Assembly (NCBI GenBank): GCA_964016885.1
Contig: OZ024742.1
Span: 352,284,001-352,348,000, forward strand
DNA from: Eledone cirrhosa
Taxonomy: Eukaryota
Direction: 5' to 3'
DNA: 64,000 bases
Numbering within the stretch: the stretch's first letter is position 1; each line of letters starts with the position of its first letter. The notes beneath the pieces were generated by a model. The model saw nothing but the letters and a program-made list of their open reading frames with translations. It was not told the origin of the DNA and did no database searches. Positions 1 through 13,120 of this stretch are shown piece by piece. The position numbers were made by a program, and so were the translations under genes.

Positions 1-213
1 TATCATTGGTGTGATTAGTATCAAGGTGTCTTTAAGTTTTGCAGGATTTAAACAGCTATTTGATAGAACTTTTAAACATAGCAAACACATGGGCTGATCT
101 GGTGTATCTTTTTTAGTGTCAGCTTTTTGAAATCCATATCTAACATAATCATCACACCACTGTCTAACCTTACTGATGGTATCTAACTTCAGCTTCTTTG
201 CAGTAGACATCAT
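1..213 (-). pseudogene. hAT Buster/ZBED5-like transposase N-terminus (BED zinc finger), frameshifted
   Basis: Manual translation gives MMSTAKKLKLDTISKVRQWCDDYVRYGFQKADTKKDTPDQPMCLLCLKVLSNSCLNPAKLK, then a 1-nt frameshift into (R)HLDTNH. Not in the ORF track. Confidence 0.8.
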
Positions 214-1561
214 ATCAATGTTATTTATCTACAGTTAAACTTTTTAATATGACATTAATAAACAAGAGAAATTAAGTTTGTTTAATTACAAAAAGTACTT
301 AGATTAACTTTAATTTTAGATATTTGGAAAAACTTAACTAGTTAAAAATAAATTATAATTTTTAAAAATTGAAATTTCTCCATTTTAGGATGGCAAACAT
401 ATTATTTAAAGTTTTATAATAATATTAAAATATTAGGGGTTACTGAAAAAGGTGCAAATTTATAAACAACTAGAAGGAATTTTTTTCAGAGTCCAGCACT
501 TCCTGCATATACTTCTTTAGGGTCGTATTACATAGTATTGGTAATGTAAATATATTTCAATATCCGCCATACTAAAAGGTGCAAAAAATGCAAATCAGCT
601 GGTAGTGTAGAAGATGTGACGATGGTATTGGAAATTAATTCAGATATCTTCTATCTATTTTGACTCAAAGTTAGATATAATATAAGAAGGCTTTAGGCTG
701 CGTTAAACATATATTAGATTGGAACAAATAAAGTTTAGTCAAATGTTTGTGTACATATATATTTATTGTATGAAGTAATTTCTCAATTGTGAATGCAGAT
801 GTCATCAAATGAATACATAATTGTGTGGCAAAGTTTATAGTGTATGCATGGAATACAAAATTACCTTTGTTAGTAGTCGAAACTTTACAGGCGTTATATT
901 TTCTGTACAAAGTACAACACAATGTAACATGTTCTTATTTAGAATTGTCTGTGGAACTGGATGCATGTTGAAAACGACTAGTAAGCGAGTTCACTATGTG
1001 AGGAAACTTTAGGCGACTTTAAAGCTTTTCTGAGGACAGCAGATTAAAACGTGTTCGCTATTGAAAATATTCTACTGAACTTACGTTGTGAGAACAGCGA
1101 ACTGACCCTGTATCTCGCCTGAGAGACCTCGCTGATCTGAAGTCTTCAGTTTAAAGTTATGCTGTCATCGACCAACATTTACTTGTTCGTGATTGGTCAA
1201 TTTCTAAGTTCAATTAATGTATGATCAGTAGTAGTGAAATCCTCGGAATTCAGAAAACTATGTCTTTCCAAGAATTGATGTGAAATTGAAAGTATTCAAT
1301 TTCCACGAATCTCAGAACAGTGTTTTTCTGCTAATTCAAGTGAGAAACTAAAAGTAGTGTTTTCCACGAATTGGAGTGGAGAACCTGTGTACACTACAAT
1401 AGTACTCGTTCATTTATACATTGCACCTTTGGCATTTTCTTTGCACCTTTTTCAGAAAACCCAAAATATTAATGGTAATGTAAATATTTATTTTTTTAAG
1501 GAACCCGGAGTTTGTTTTACGGAACCCCAAGGTTCCGCGGAACCCATGTTGGCGATCACTG
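1..1561 (-). mobile_element. hAT (Buster/Charlie-type) DNA transposon, 5' part, running off the left edge
   Basis: The terminus reads CAGTGATCGCCAACATGGGTTCCGCGGAACC on the minus strand, a Charlie-like TIR. A BED-finger transposase N-terminus lies at 213-1. The next 8 bp (CCCTAAAG, 1562-1569) are the candidate TSD. Confidence 0.75.
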
Positions 1562-4080
1562 CCCTAAAGCATCTAAAGGCCTTATAATTAAACTTTAAAA
1601 AGTTATTATTAGATTTGATTTCCCTTTCCATAAGCCCAATGAAAACTTAAATTACGTTAGCTATTACCTTAGCTAGTACTGTAATCACCCTAAATTCGTG
1701 GAAAATATACTAGTCAATAGTGTACAGAAACGCATAACTAGAATTTCAGCCGCTAATAAATCCTTATTTGATGAAAAAGCAGGATATTATAATGACGCGC
1801 TAAGAAAGGCAGGTTATAAAAATAATATTGAATATATAGATAACAATAATTTGAATTATAATCCTGATAAAAATAAAAAAAGACTAACATATACAAACGA
1901 GATTCTAGAAATTATAATATAAGTACCAATACCGTGAATAAATCGGCGAATCATATCAGAACTAAACCAATTATATGGCTTGCACCCACATCCACCCACT
2001 TCTGTAGCAATGGAAACACCACTCGCAAATCTATTATTTAAAGCTTTAGATAAATGTTTCCCCATTCAACACAGATACCGGTCCATATTTAACAGACACA
2101 CAATTAAGCTTTCTTATTCTACAACTATGATGATGGCCCAGAACATCGCAAACATAAATAGTAGACTTCTAAATCACAATCAACAAACAATTAACGATAA
2201 TGAATTTAATAACACTAGCAATATTAATACTAGGAATAACAATAACATTGATCTAAGCACAATCAATAGAACACTTCAAAGTACTAACAATGTTAATGTC
2301 AATTGTCCAATTTATAGTAATAACAATAAATCGAAATGTAATTGTAGAAAAAGATCAAATTGACCTCTGCAAAATAATTGTCTGGATCGCAATCCGGTCT
2401 ATAAATGCACCGTAAAAGCAAATAACATCACATACAACTAAATTGGTGCAACTTCATCGACATTTAAATTAAGATTTGCGAATCATAAATACTCTTTTTA
2501 GTATCCTAATAGGAAATATTCGACTTCTTTATCACTACTTATATGGTCGTTAAAAGAAAAAATTTAAAATACTCGATTTCTTGGTCGAAGCTATGTAATA
2601 GTCGAATATACTCAAATTCGTCAATATCACTTAACTGCAATCACTGTACCATGGAGACCTTATTAATAATTACTAATTATGATAATTTAATTAACCAAAA
2701 AAGTGAATTATTCTCAAATTGCCTTCATAAAGCTTCCTCTACATTCCAAGCCTCGCAAAAAGTCAGGAAAAAACACTAAATAAATACGTTCTAATTTTTG
2801 ACGTTTCGTATCAACTGAGTGCGTAAAATGTTGTATTACTTTTTTTACTCATATATGATAATTGTTAGATTAAGGGTTCTATATAAATATATTAACATAC
2901 AGATTGTTAACACGATCTCTTGATGAATATGCATATTTTTTGACTGTGTAGATACATTTAATTTGTTTGGGATTCTTATATTTTTTTTAATATATAGCTT
3001 GTAATGAACAGTAAACAATGCTTTTTTGTATTTATGTATTTATTCTTTTGGAGTATGTTAGTTTTAAGATTCAGGATGTTTGTTTTATATATTCATATGT
3101 GTTTATATATATGTATAGTATATGCGTCGTACACGATGCTAGTCGACAAGCTTTTTCTACTTAACATGATGTTAAACTTCAATTATAACTTTACTAACAA
3201 TGTTTTTATTATTTATTTATTATATGTATATAGATCACTAATATCGTCTTGAGTTCCGTACAGAATACTCTGTATGTGTTTGGACACATGTGAATATCTG
3301 GTTTAATAACAGGCTTCTAGCTACATTTATAAGTACTCTAGATTCTTAAAGACATTCTAGTGTTATAATTGTTAAATATTTTCTAAATTATATAACGATT
3401 ATTATTTTTTAATTTAATTAAATTCGGGTTACCTTCGGGTCGATGAGAATCTTAAGTTTTCGCTTTCTCATGTTTGCAGACACTTTAAATATGATACTAT
3501 ATAGATCATTAAACATTTTCTTGTATTTTAAATTAAATAGCTTAATTATTTGGCACATATATGATCGCAAACAATTTACTTATTTATTTTGAATCTGGTT
3601 CATTTCCTTATGATTCATGAAATGTTTATAGTATATATATATTACATGATCCTAAGATACAATAATTGATCTAAAACCTTAATTGTAACAATATTAACAG
3701 TAAATTATTTATTCTATTATATTATATAGTGTTATGTATAACTGACGAATATTGTCTTGAACTTTAGACAATATACTCTCTGTATATATTTGGACAAATG
3801 CATATATCAAATTTAATAATAACTTTTTTACGTTTAATTATAAGGCCTTTAGATGCTTTAGGGCATTCTAATTGTTAATTTTAATTTTTTTACATTATAA
3901 CTGTAATTATTTTCTAAACTATATAGTGAGAATTATTATAGTATGGGAACATATTATGAGATAATATAATTTAATATGGTTTACATTCGTGTGGATGAAA
4001 ATTCTAAGTTTCGTTCTCATGTTTAAAGATATTTTAAATATGATTTTATGAATTAAATATGTTAGTATACATTAATATTA
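1562..4080 (+). mobile_element. Degenerate 5'-truncated Penelope-like element (RT thumb, CxCx5Cx5C linker, GIY-YIG, AT-rich 3' region)
   Basis: KRITRIS...YYNDALRKAGY, FNRHTIKLSYS, CNCRKRSN*PLQNNCL, VYKC...YN*IGAT...RFANH, CNHC...LINQKSELFSNCLH, with several stops. 1561-1619 is an inverted copy of 3806-3864. The 3' end is approximate. Confidence 0.85.
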
Positions 4081-4710
4081 ATATAGACATTTATAAACTT
4101 GTATAGCCTGAAATAGTATGCCTTTAGATTAATCCATTATCCTGAACTAACATAAGGAATTGTAATTTAACGGTCAGCCGGATAAGTTTGGGTGTATAAA
4201 TAATTGTTAGTATATTTCTTATTAATTTAGGACTCGAAATTAAACCCTCAGAAAATTACACCCAGATATATTTAATATTTAGATAGGTGGATACTTCTAG
4301 ATAATTTGAAGATTTGAGTTTATTCTTTCACACACTATGCCCAAATGTATATTCATGTATTTATCTATGCTTTATACTATAAACATGATTCCCCTTTGTC
4401 TCTCTATCCTTGATCAATACTCTTTTGCTTTCTATACTTCTAGTAACTATATTTTTTCTTCATCTGTTTCTCTCTGTCTTTCTTCTTTCTTTATTTTTCT
4501 TCAATAATTTAAATTCTTAGAATCTCTAACAGTTATGTAAATTGCTATCATGTTTTCTTAAGCTTTCTCACACGCACCCTCTTTATTACATGTAAGTTTT
4601 TTCATGTCTCAATCTGAAGGTATATAAATATTGAGTCTTGTCATATCATATTCACTACCATGACTGAATCTTAACCATCTACTATGTCAGGGTATGTCAT
4701 GCATCATCTG

Positions 4711-4775
4711 ATTTTATCTGATGAGGACATACTGTTGAAGATAGCTCAGTTCCTCTGAAATATGTATAATAAAAT
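4711..4775 (+). ncRNA. Type I hammerhead ribozyme (PLE-type minimal helix III)
   Basis: ATTTTAT-CTGATGA-GGA...TCC(TCT)-GAAA-TATGT-ATA-ATAAAAT. Helix I is a perfect 7 bp, the core is intact, the cleavage triplet is AUA, and the helix II junction is imperfect. Confidence 0.7.
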
Positions 4776-4822
4776 ATACTTGATCACACGAATGTCTATT
4801 TTTGTTAATGTTTTGAATGAAC

Positions 4823-4863
<41 letters not shown>

Positions 4864-4864
<1 letters not shown>

Positions 4865-5395
4865 TGGCACAATGGTAGCCCCTTCATACACAACCATAGT
4901 CATGGGATTGCATAAAAACACATTTACATCGAATCTTTTCTATTATTCGGAGACTCTTTCCTTCCACATCTCAAAAATAATTGGAAGAGATACCTAGACG
5001 ATTGATTTATACTATGGCAGGAAAACATAAATACACTCACTATTTTAAAAAGATGATAAACAATATAACCAATAACATACAATTGACAATGGAATCCAAC
5101 TCCAAGGAATTAGCCTTCTAGGATAAACTTATTTTAAAAACAGATGGGACAATAGAAACAGACATCTTTTATAAACTCTCCGACCACAAACAGTACCTAC
5201 TCGTCATACCAAGTCACCAAAAACATATACAATTTAACATACCAAACGTATATGCACCATAGTATCAGAGCCAACTAAACGGGCACAACAGTTAAATGAA
5301 CTAAAAAACACACTTGCCTTAAAAGCCTTCCCAATTGACTTAATTAATAACGGATTAGACAGAGCAAAACACGTACATTTTCAAGAAGCTTAAAA
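4864..5395 (+). pseudogene. Degenerate Penelope-type reverse transcriptase fragment
   Basis: GTMVAPSY, WKRYLDD, TDIFYK and HKQYL...SH motifs across frameshifts and stops. Confidence 0.7.
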
Positions 5396-7943
5396 GTTTT
5401 ATGACTGATATGAAGCACTCAGCAAATACTGGAGCAAATATTCAATATATTAATAAATGGAAACTATATTTATAAAACCATAATTTTGTTATTATATATA
5501 TTTCAAGGGCAACCAAGGCAAATTTTGGTGCGCTTTCATCAGATAAAATACAAAATTTGTTTTATAAATGTTGACATACCCTTAGAAATACAACCTTGAT
5601 GGTTGAAAGTTCTCTGGATAGTGGAACATTTTTTTTTATTTATTTAGGGTAATATCAAAGTTATGTGTGAATGAATATCAGAAAGAGTTGAAAAAACAAC
5701 GGTTATTTAAATTATACTGTTGGAAGAAGAGAGAAAAAAAACAGAGAAAAAGAGAAAGAGAGAAGAAAAAAAGAGAAGAAAAAAGAAAAAGGACACTGTT
5801 TTTCTTTTTTCTTCTTTGATTCGTCAAAGTGACATTATTGACAAAATATGAGGAACATTTTTTTGTTTAAAAGGAGTTTTATAATATATATAAAATATAA
5901 ACGGTTTTGATGTATCAGTGTACACAAATATAACACATGCTTATCCAGTTTCCATCTCACAAAATCTACTAAGAATGCATTGTTAAACCGAGGGCACATT
6001 AGAAAAAAGAACTGGTCATAGATTCACGTAGTCGCATTTATTTAAGACTCCCCGAACAAAGTAGTAGGCCTTTGAATTTGAAATGAAACACGAACGTTTT
6101 TCTGTAATACAAGATGTAAAGCTGTTTACTATATGTTGGCCACGACGATATATTGTATTCAATACTCACACATTCATCAGAGGAAAATAAAATTAATTTT
6201 CTATCGTTTTGAGCCTCCTTGCTCCGTTCGGTGAATCAGGTAAGAAGTCCTAGTAATTCAAAACGATCAGATACCACCGAGAGTAAATTCTCCAAATTAA
6301 TATTTATTTTTTGTAAGTCTACTTCAAATCTTCCGTGGCATGGCTTGTAAAGCTTTACTCCTCTGTATACTATATGATAGGGATTACATTATTGTCATCC
6401 AGGATTGGGTCGTGATTTAGAGCAAAGTGGAAGATATAACTTGAACATTTTGACCAATATCCTGTAACAAAACACTGCATTGTTTGATAGATAAAACCCC
6501 ATATAATGTCATCAAGTCATTGGTGTAAAATATGAAGTTACTGACATTTAATGTCTTCTTTCGCATCTCTCATCCACAGTTATTAATCATGTCACATATC
6601 CTGATGTTAAGGATTCTTAATATTATCATACGTTAAAAGAATACCGCTGCATTCAACAATGTATGTCACAGCACCATAAGAAGAACATGAACACTATATA
6701 TTAGGCAGAACACATTTAATATGAATCATAATCTATATGTATTGGTTCTATTGTATATTCTATCAATAGTGGTATTTTGAACTGCAAATAAAACAGTTAG
6801 ATAAGACGTGAGTGATATCACGAGTTGAAATCAATTTACACACCCAGAATTATGATAAATAAATGCATTCAAGGAATAGATGTGCATAGCTTCTTCCAGA
6901 AGTTTAGCATGTATTTGATTGCATTCTATTTCTCTAGAAGATGCAACACGGTAATAGTGAAAAGCTAACTGCCTCACAACGAATAACACATTTATGTCAA
7001 TACCGAGTTCAAAGATTGGATATGAATCACGTATTTAAAGAAATAAATGAAGTGAATGTTGTACCACAGATATTATTTCTCCAAGCAAAGGAAAGACAGC
7101 TGAGTTTGGAACTGAGTAAATACCAATATTTGCCTGAGGGAATGAAATCACCCAATCATAAATATTTAGATTGTTGTGGAAACGGAGTGTTGATTGTGAA
7201 AATCAGTGTATATATAAAGCAACTCCAAAACCTACAGATTTCTATATCATTGAAATCTGTAATATTTAAAACATGCTTAATATTCATTGAATTAACAGGC
7301 ATAATTTTCGTTATTTTTGTATATTTTCATTACTTACACCGTTTTAATACATGCGGATGGAACACGTTAATAGACAGGAAGTATTTTGATTGAGGGAACC
7401 ACATCTAACTTACGCTATAATTATAAGAACTAAATTGAATTTTCAGAATATTGAAACGGCTAAATGATGTGAGATATTATGTAAGCCTGGGAAAACCTAT
7501 TAAAGAAAAGTACTCAAAATAAGAACATATTTACAAAATATGTCTATATAAATGTGCATGAAATAAGGATGAAAAATCTAGATATTGGTTCATAAACGAC
7601 TTCAACGTGAGTCCAATGTAAACTACTCCGTACATCAGAAATTAGTTTATAACAAAGCAATAAAAATGTTAAAACAATCATCGTAGAACAAAGCTTTTTG
7701 AATTGCACATAAAATATATAACCAAGCAGAAGAAAAGTATGGGAAACCAGTAAATATAAAGCTTAATAACGGTGTAAATATTATGATTTTTAATGGGAAA
7801 GAAAACAAATCTGAAGCGTTAAATAATAAATTGTTAATATAATGCCTCTTGTAATCTGGAGGTATGGTAAAAAATGGTCCTTCAAATCTTCCATTGCTCA
7901 TTTGTTCTGTGTATGAACATAACTATATACTAAACTATACTAT

Positions 7944-8026
<83 letters not shown>

Positions 8027-8119
8027 GTGGTGCCCCAGCCGGTAAAAGAATATATATATATATATATATAAAATAAAGTAAAATAAATAAGTCTAATGTT
8101 TAACATTTAGCTTCGTTTA

Positions 8120-8180
8120 TTACTGCTATATATATATATTTCGGTGACAGCCATCTTTGGCTGTGGCCTCTTCAGGTATT
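8120..8180 (-). ncRNA. Hammerhead ribozyme motif (helix I eroded)
   Basis: The minus strand reads CTGAAGA-GG-CC-ACAGCCA-AAGA-TGGCTGT-CA-CC-GAAA-(TA)n. Core and helix II are clear, helix III is expanded TA, and helix I is weak. Confidence 0.55.
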
Positions 8181-8399
8181 CCGAATTAGTGTGGTATAGA
8201 CAAGTACATATGTTGTTGGGTTGTATCATTTTGTCAGTACTCGGATAGGCCCAGTTCCTGGTTGGGTTGTTATTTCACTAAGGAACTGGAATCATATGAA
8301 TAGGTTAACTTTACCTTTCTTCCTTATGGGGTCAATAAAATAAATTACCAGTAATACATTTGGTAATTGATGGCTTGTGCCAAAAGTAGAAACAATGAT

Positions 8400-8518
<119 letters not shown>

Positions 8519-8521
8519 GAT

Positions 8522-9221
8522 GAAATACCAACGAAGGTTGGCAGGTCACTGATGAAGGACTACATTTATTCATATGTAACCCATTTGCAACCACGCAGCA
8601 CGCCATGTTTTCATATTCATATTTATATATTTTCCTCCGCTATGACCCGTCTGGTTTATTCTTACTGCTTCCTCTTTTCTCTGCATCTCTCATTTCCCTT
8701 AACCCCCTCTAACAGTCACTCTCTCTGTTAGCCTCTTCCTCACCTTTCCCTCACTCACTCTCTGCTACTCCCTCTCCTACTTATCCCGTTTGACCTGTGC
8801 GAAATTCTTTCCTCACGCACACTTTGACCAGGTCGGTTGTTCTTTATTCTCTCTCGTCTACGATTTCACAGAACTTAGGTTCACCAATTTCAGGGACTTG
8901 CCTCCTTCTTCTTCCCGTTTGACCTGTGCGAAATTCTTTCCATGCTCACATTTTGACCAGCTTTGCTGGTCTTTATTCTCTCTCGTCTTCGATTTCACAG
9001 AACTTATGTTCATCGATTTCAGGGACTTAACTCCTTCTACCTCACTTTTCGTTACATTACCATCTTTGGTTGTTTACAGTCTCGCTCGTTCCCCTTATTT
9101 ACGTGTCCCAACGACTTTCTTTAGCCGCTACCCGCACCAACAGGAGGTATATGGTCTTTAAAGCGAGGAAATACCAATGAAGGTTGGCAGATCACTGATG
9201 AAGGACTACATTTATTCATAT
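8522..9221 (+). repeat. About 700-bp element between (TA)n tracts with 54-bp direct terminal repeats (period 646) containing the 5' half of an HHR
   Basis: GAAATACCAA(C/T)GAAGGTTGGCAG(G/A)TCACTGATGAAGGACTACATTTATTCATAT occurs at 8522 and 9168. An internal duplication of about 130 bp lies at 8785/8914. Confidence 0.7.
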
Positions 9222-9233
9222 ATATATATTTAT

Positions 9234-9566
9234 ATAAATGGAATAGAATGAAACGAAATTTCATTTCTCACTCTTAGTACGGCACTTACTTAAATGTAAG
9301 TATGTATGTATACGTACATACATATATGCATACAGATGTACAGTAGTATGTATATATATAAAAAACTAACAAACCGAGGATTATAATAAATGTTCGGTAA
9401 ACCGATACGTGCATATATATATATGTGTGTACATGTATGTATATATATTCATACTACTGTACGTATGTATACATATATGTATGTACGTATACATACATAC
9501 TTACATTTAAGTAAGTGCCATACTAAGAGTGAGAAATGAAATTTCCTTTCATTCTATTCCATTTAT
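9234..9566. repeat. Fold-back inverted repeat (about 117-bp arms, about 100-bp spacer)
   Basis: 9234-9350 is the reverse complement of 9450-9566 with a few mismatches. Confidence 0.85.
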
Positions 9567-10079
9567 CGTTTTCGGTGCGCCCAGCCGACTCAACTCGCTC
9601 GATATGCAAATTAGGCTGCTCAGCCGTTAATATGCATAAGGATGACACGACATTTTAACTTTGATTTTGAAAGTAGGTTTATACTAATCCATTTTTATTT
9701 ACACTTTTGTAGCTGTCTCAGTGGCCTAGTTGGCGAAACAAAGCCGGTGGTCATGCCGGCCTGAATTTCAATACCGGTCCGATAAACCTTTTCAGTTTTT
9801 TTTCTATTGGTTGTAAAATAAAAACTGAAAAGGATCACATTTACATCTTGACCAGGATTGAACCCAAGGTCAGGATTCCCACCATCTCTAGTACCTACCG
9901 CACAGAGACAACAAAGTAAAATCTTATGAATATTCATACTTATAAACCAAGTTTCTAAATTTTCAAAACTAATTGGTATGGTGTCGTTTATGTCTTTCTT
10001 AATGTTATTGCTCCTATTTAAATTCGACCTCTAAATCATTTGGGTGTATTTGGCCTTTCACACTCACTCAATATATCTA

Positions 10080-10245
<166 letters not shown>

Positions 10246-10490
10246 ATATATATAGATATATAGATATATATAAATGCTTGTATACTAGGGAAAGGATCAG
10301 GGGTGTATAACACTCCACAGAATAAGTTAACAGAATAAGTTCACTCTCACATAGTGAGGAGGCGTTTGACTCGCAGGCTGATTACTATAACGACGCCTTA
10401 GCTAGATCCGGCTTTAGGGACAAATTGTATTAAACCCAGGGAAATAATGGTCCTAATAGTAGCTCTACCAGTGTTGTTATAACACATAAT

Positions 10491-11498
10491 ATGTCCATTG
10501 GTAATCGAGGTGTCGCGAATGGGAGGGTTCTAAATGCCGGTGGAATGAAACAGCAGGACACCATTAGTCTAAGTAATAACAATAGAGGTGCCGTGAACGG
10601 GAGGTTTCTAGATGCCGGTGGAATGAACCAGCAGGGCACCATTAGTCTAAATAATTGCAATGGTAGGCCTCGCAGCTCCCCGCATGGACTAGGCGAGCAT
10701 AGGAACCGTAGAAATAATAATGCTAATAATACTGATGGAAATAGTAAGAATAAAAAGAATAGAAGAAGATTGAATACATACTTCAACCCCCCTTTTAATT
10801 CTGAAGTGGCTATAAATATTCCTAGGGCCTTCTTCTCTGTGCTGGAACGAAACTTCCCTCCTGGTAATAGGTACCACTCTATCCTCAATAAGAATGTTGT
10901 TAAACTTTCGTATTCTACAACCCAAAATCTGGCCTCTCATCTGGCCATCACTAATAATAAGAAAATAAAGGAAGGCCTGGACAACCTAAGCCTAGGTGAA
11001 AACTTGGTAGTGGACAGAGTGGGCAGAAACACTGGTGGTGATCATTCTGAGAATAGCATCACCAGAGGTTGTAACTGTAGAAGGGCTTCAGGCTGCCCCC
11101 TGAATGGTTTCTGCCTTGTTAGAAACATAGTTTATGCGTGTGATGTGGTAACTACGGCGTCCACTAAGACCTATATAGGATCAACCTCCACCCCCTTTAA
11201 GACCAGGTTTAACTCTCATCAATGCACTTTTAGACATAATAAACTGAGGAACTCCACCTCCTTGGCAGCGTACGTCCATAATTTAAAAAATGCACGAACA
11301 CGTTACACACTTACTTGGCGGCAGGTTGCTAAATCCCATCCATATACTCCTCATAGTAGAGTATGTAACCTGTGCCTTGCCGAATCCCACTCTATTATAT
11401 TTGCTAAATGCCCTCTACTAAATAGAAAGTCTGAAATGTTTTCCTCTTGCCCCCATCGAATATTAAGCTCTTTCTTCTACTTTAAACCTGTTAGCTAG
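10491..11498 (+). CDS. PLE C-terminal region: RT thumb tail, CxCx5Cx5C linker and GIY-YIG endonuclease (5'-truncated ORF)
   Basis: YFNPPF, KLSYS, CNCRRASGCPLNGFCL, IVY...YIG, RFNSH, CNLCLAE, LLNRKSEMFSSCPH. Confidence 0.85.
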   Translation: MSIGNRGVANGRVLNAGGMKQQDTISLSNNNRGAVNGRFLDAGGMNQQGTISLNNCNGRPRSSPHGLGEHRNRRNNNANNTDGNSKNKKNRRRLNTYFNPPFNSEVAINIPRAFFSVLERNFPPGNRYHSILNKNVVKLSYSTTQNLASHLAITNNKKIKEGLDNLSLGENLVVDRVGRNTGGDHSENSITRGCNCRRASGCPLNGFCLVRNIVYACDVVTTASTKTYIGSTSTPFKTRFNSHQCTFRHNKLRNSTSLAAYVHNLKNARTRYTLTWRQVAKSHPYTPHSRVCNLCLAESHSIIFAKCPLLNRKSEMFSSCPHRILSSFFYFKPVS

Positions 11499-13076
11499 CA
11501 CTTCCTTATTCCTCCAGTTGGGCTGTCTTGTGTAACTGTCTCTGACTGTGTGTAACTGTCTCCTATTGTTGGTCGTCTATGTATACGAGTCGGTGAATGT
11601 ATACGTATGCCTGTGGGAGGATATTGATCTGGATATTGGGGTGTGCAGGGGAGTGTATGTTAATAAGCACCCCTGTTTGGCACAGTGGATGTAACCCATC
11701 CACGCTGGCCTACCCACCATTGGTGCATTGGTGGATCTACCCTGACGTATATCTTGTTGATCTGTACCTCTGTATGCGCATGAGTTGTGATGTAATGTAT
11801 TTATGTAAAGCGTGTACTGCGATTTAGGCTGCACTAGTAGAAATTTAGCCTGTAACTGTGGGCGGACCCGTGCCATCCCACCGTAAGCAGTGGATACGTG
11901 GCGTATGTACGTGTTGCCCTCATATTCTGTGGTTCAAGATCTACAGGCTGACCTCTGGGAACTCTTTCTAGCACGATCGGCCTTCCATATATTGACGGTC
12001 GTTGTTATGATCCCGAAAGTAACGTTTTGGCCCCGATAGCCCTCCGTAGTTACTAACGGTCTGTGTACACTCGAATCGGTCAATTGCACGTGCGGACATG
12101 AATATCTCCGTAGGATTTCAACTTTATTTTACTGCATCTCATCGTATGTATGTATTTATTTTGAATGTATTACCTGTGGTGGTGGGTCTGGTCTAATGTG
12201 GTATTTCGGTGTTTAATATCAGCTTTGACCCGGGTGTCCTACGCTGTGTGTGTGTGCGTGTGTGTCCGTGTATACATTTATATGTGTATGGGTGTAGGTG
12301 GTTATATGTGTCTGTATGTATATAAAAAAAAAAATATATATATATATGTATACCGTCTCTGCATGTGCATGTGGTGTGTATACGTGCATATACGTGCTGA
12401 ACATATTGATGTGTACAATCTTGTGATGTCCCAATGCGGTGACTTAATGGCTCTTGAAGCTATTTTTTATATATCTTCTGTCTTTTTATATATCTTTTGT
12501 ATGCGCTACAACTGTGTCTGCTTGCTTTAACCCGCCTGCACCTTCCTTGCTAATGCACGTGAATTCTTCTACCTCCTTCGATGCACCTCTCTCTGACCAT
12601 TGGACTCCTGCCCGGGTGTGAACCGGTTTGTGATTACCCCACAGCTCAGCTGTGTGAATGCAAACCCATGACTTTCGAGTGAACTTTTGAGACTGCCCAA
12701 CCTGGGACGCCTCCATTGCCTTGCAATGGTCAAGTGATACTGGTGACTGTGACACTTAGTGCCTTCGTGGGCCCCTGATGTTTTCAAGAAATATATTTTA
12801 AAAAAATGGTCAAGTGATACACATAACTGTGACACTTAGTGCCTTCGTGGGCCCCTGATATATTCAAGAGATATATTCTAAAAAAATATATATCTTATCT
12901 CAACTTACTTTATTTCATTTTATTTTATTTTATTTCATTTCATGTTATCTAATTCTATTTATTTACTTACTTGACTCCATTTATTCATTTATTTATTTAT
13001 TTATTTATTTAAATTTAAATTTTAATTTTAAATTTAAAATTTAAATTTTAATTTTATTTATTTATTTAATTTTTAC

Positions 13077-13120
<44 letters not shown>

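Noticed and set aside
3742-3780. CTGACGA followed by a perfect 9-bp hairpin
   Set aside because: It is followed by ACTC instead of GAAA and has no helix I or III closure, so it is at most a dead HHR.
6135-6190. Minus-strand CTGATGA plus weak hairpin (similar case at about 50632)
   Set aside because: No GAAA core half.
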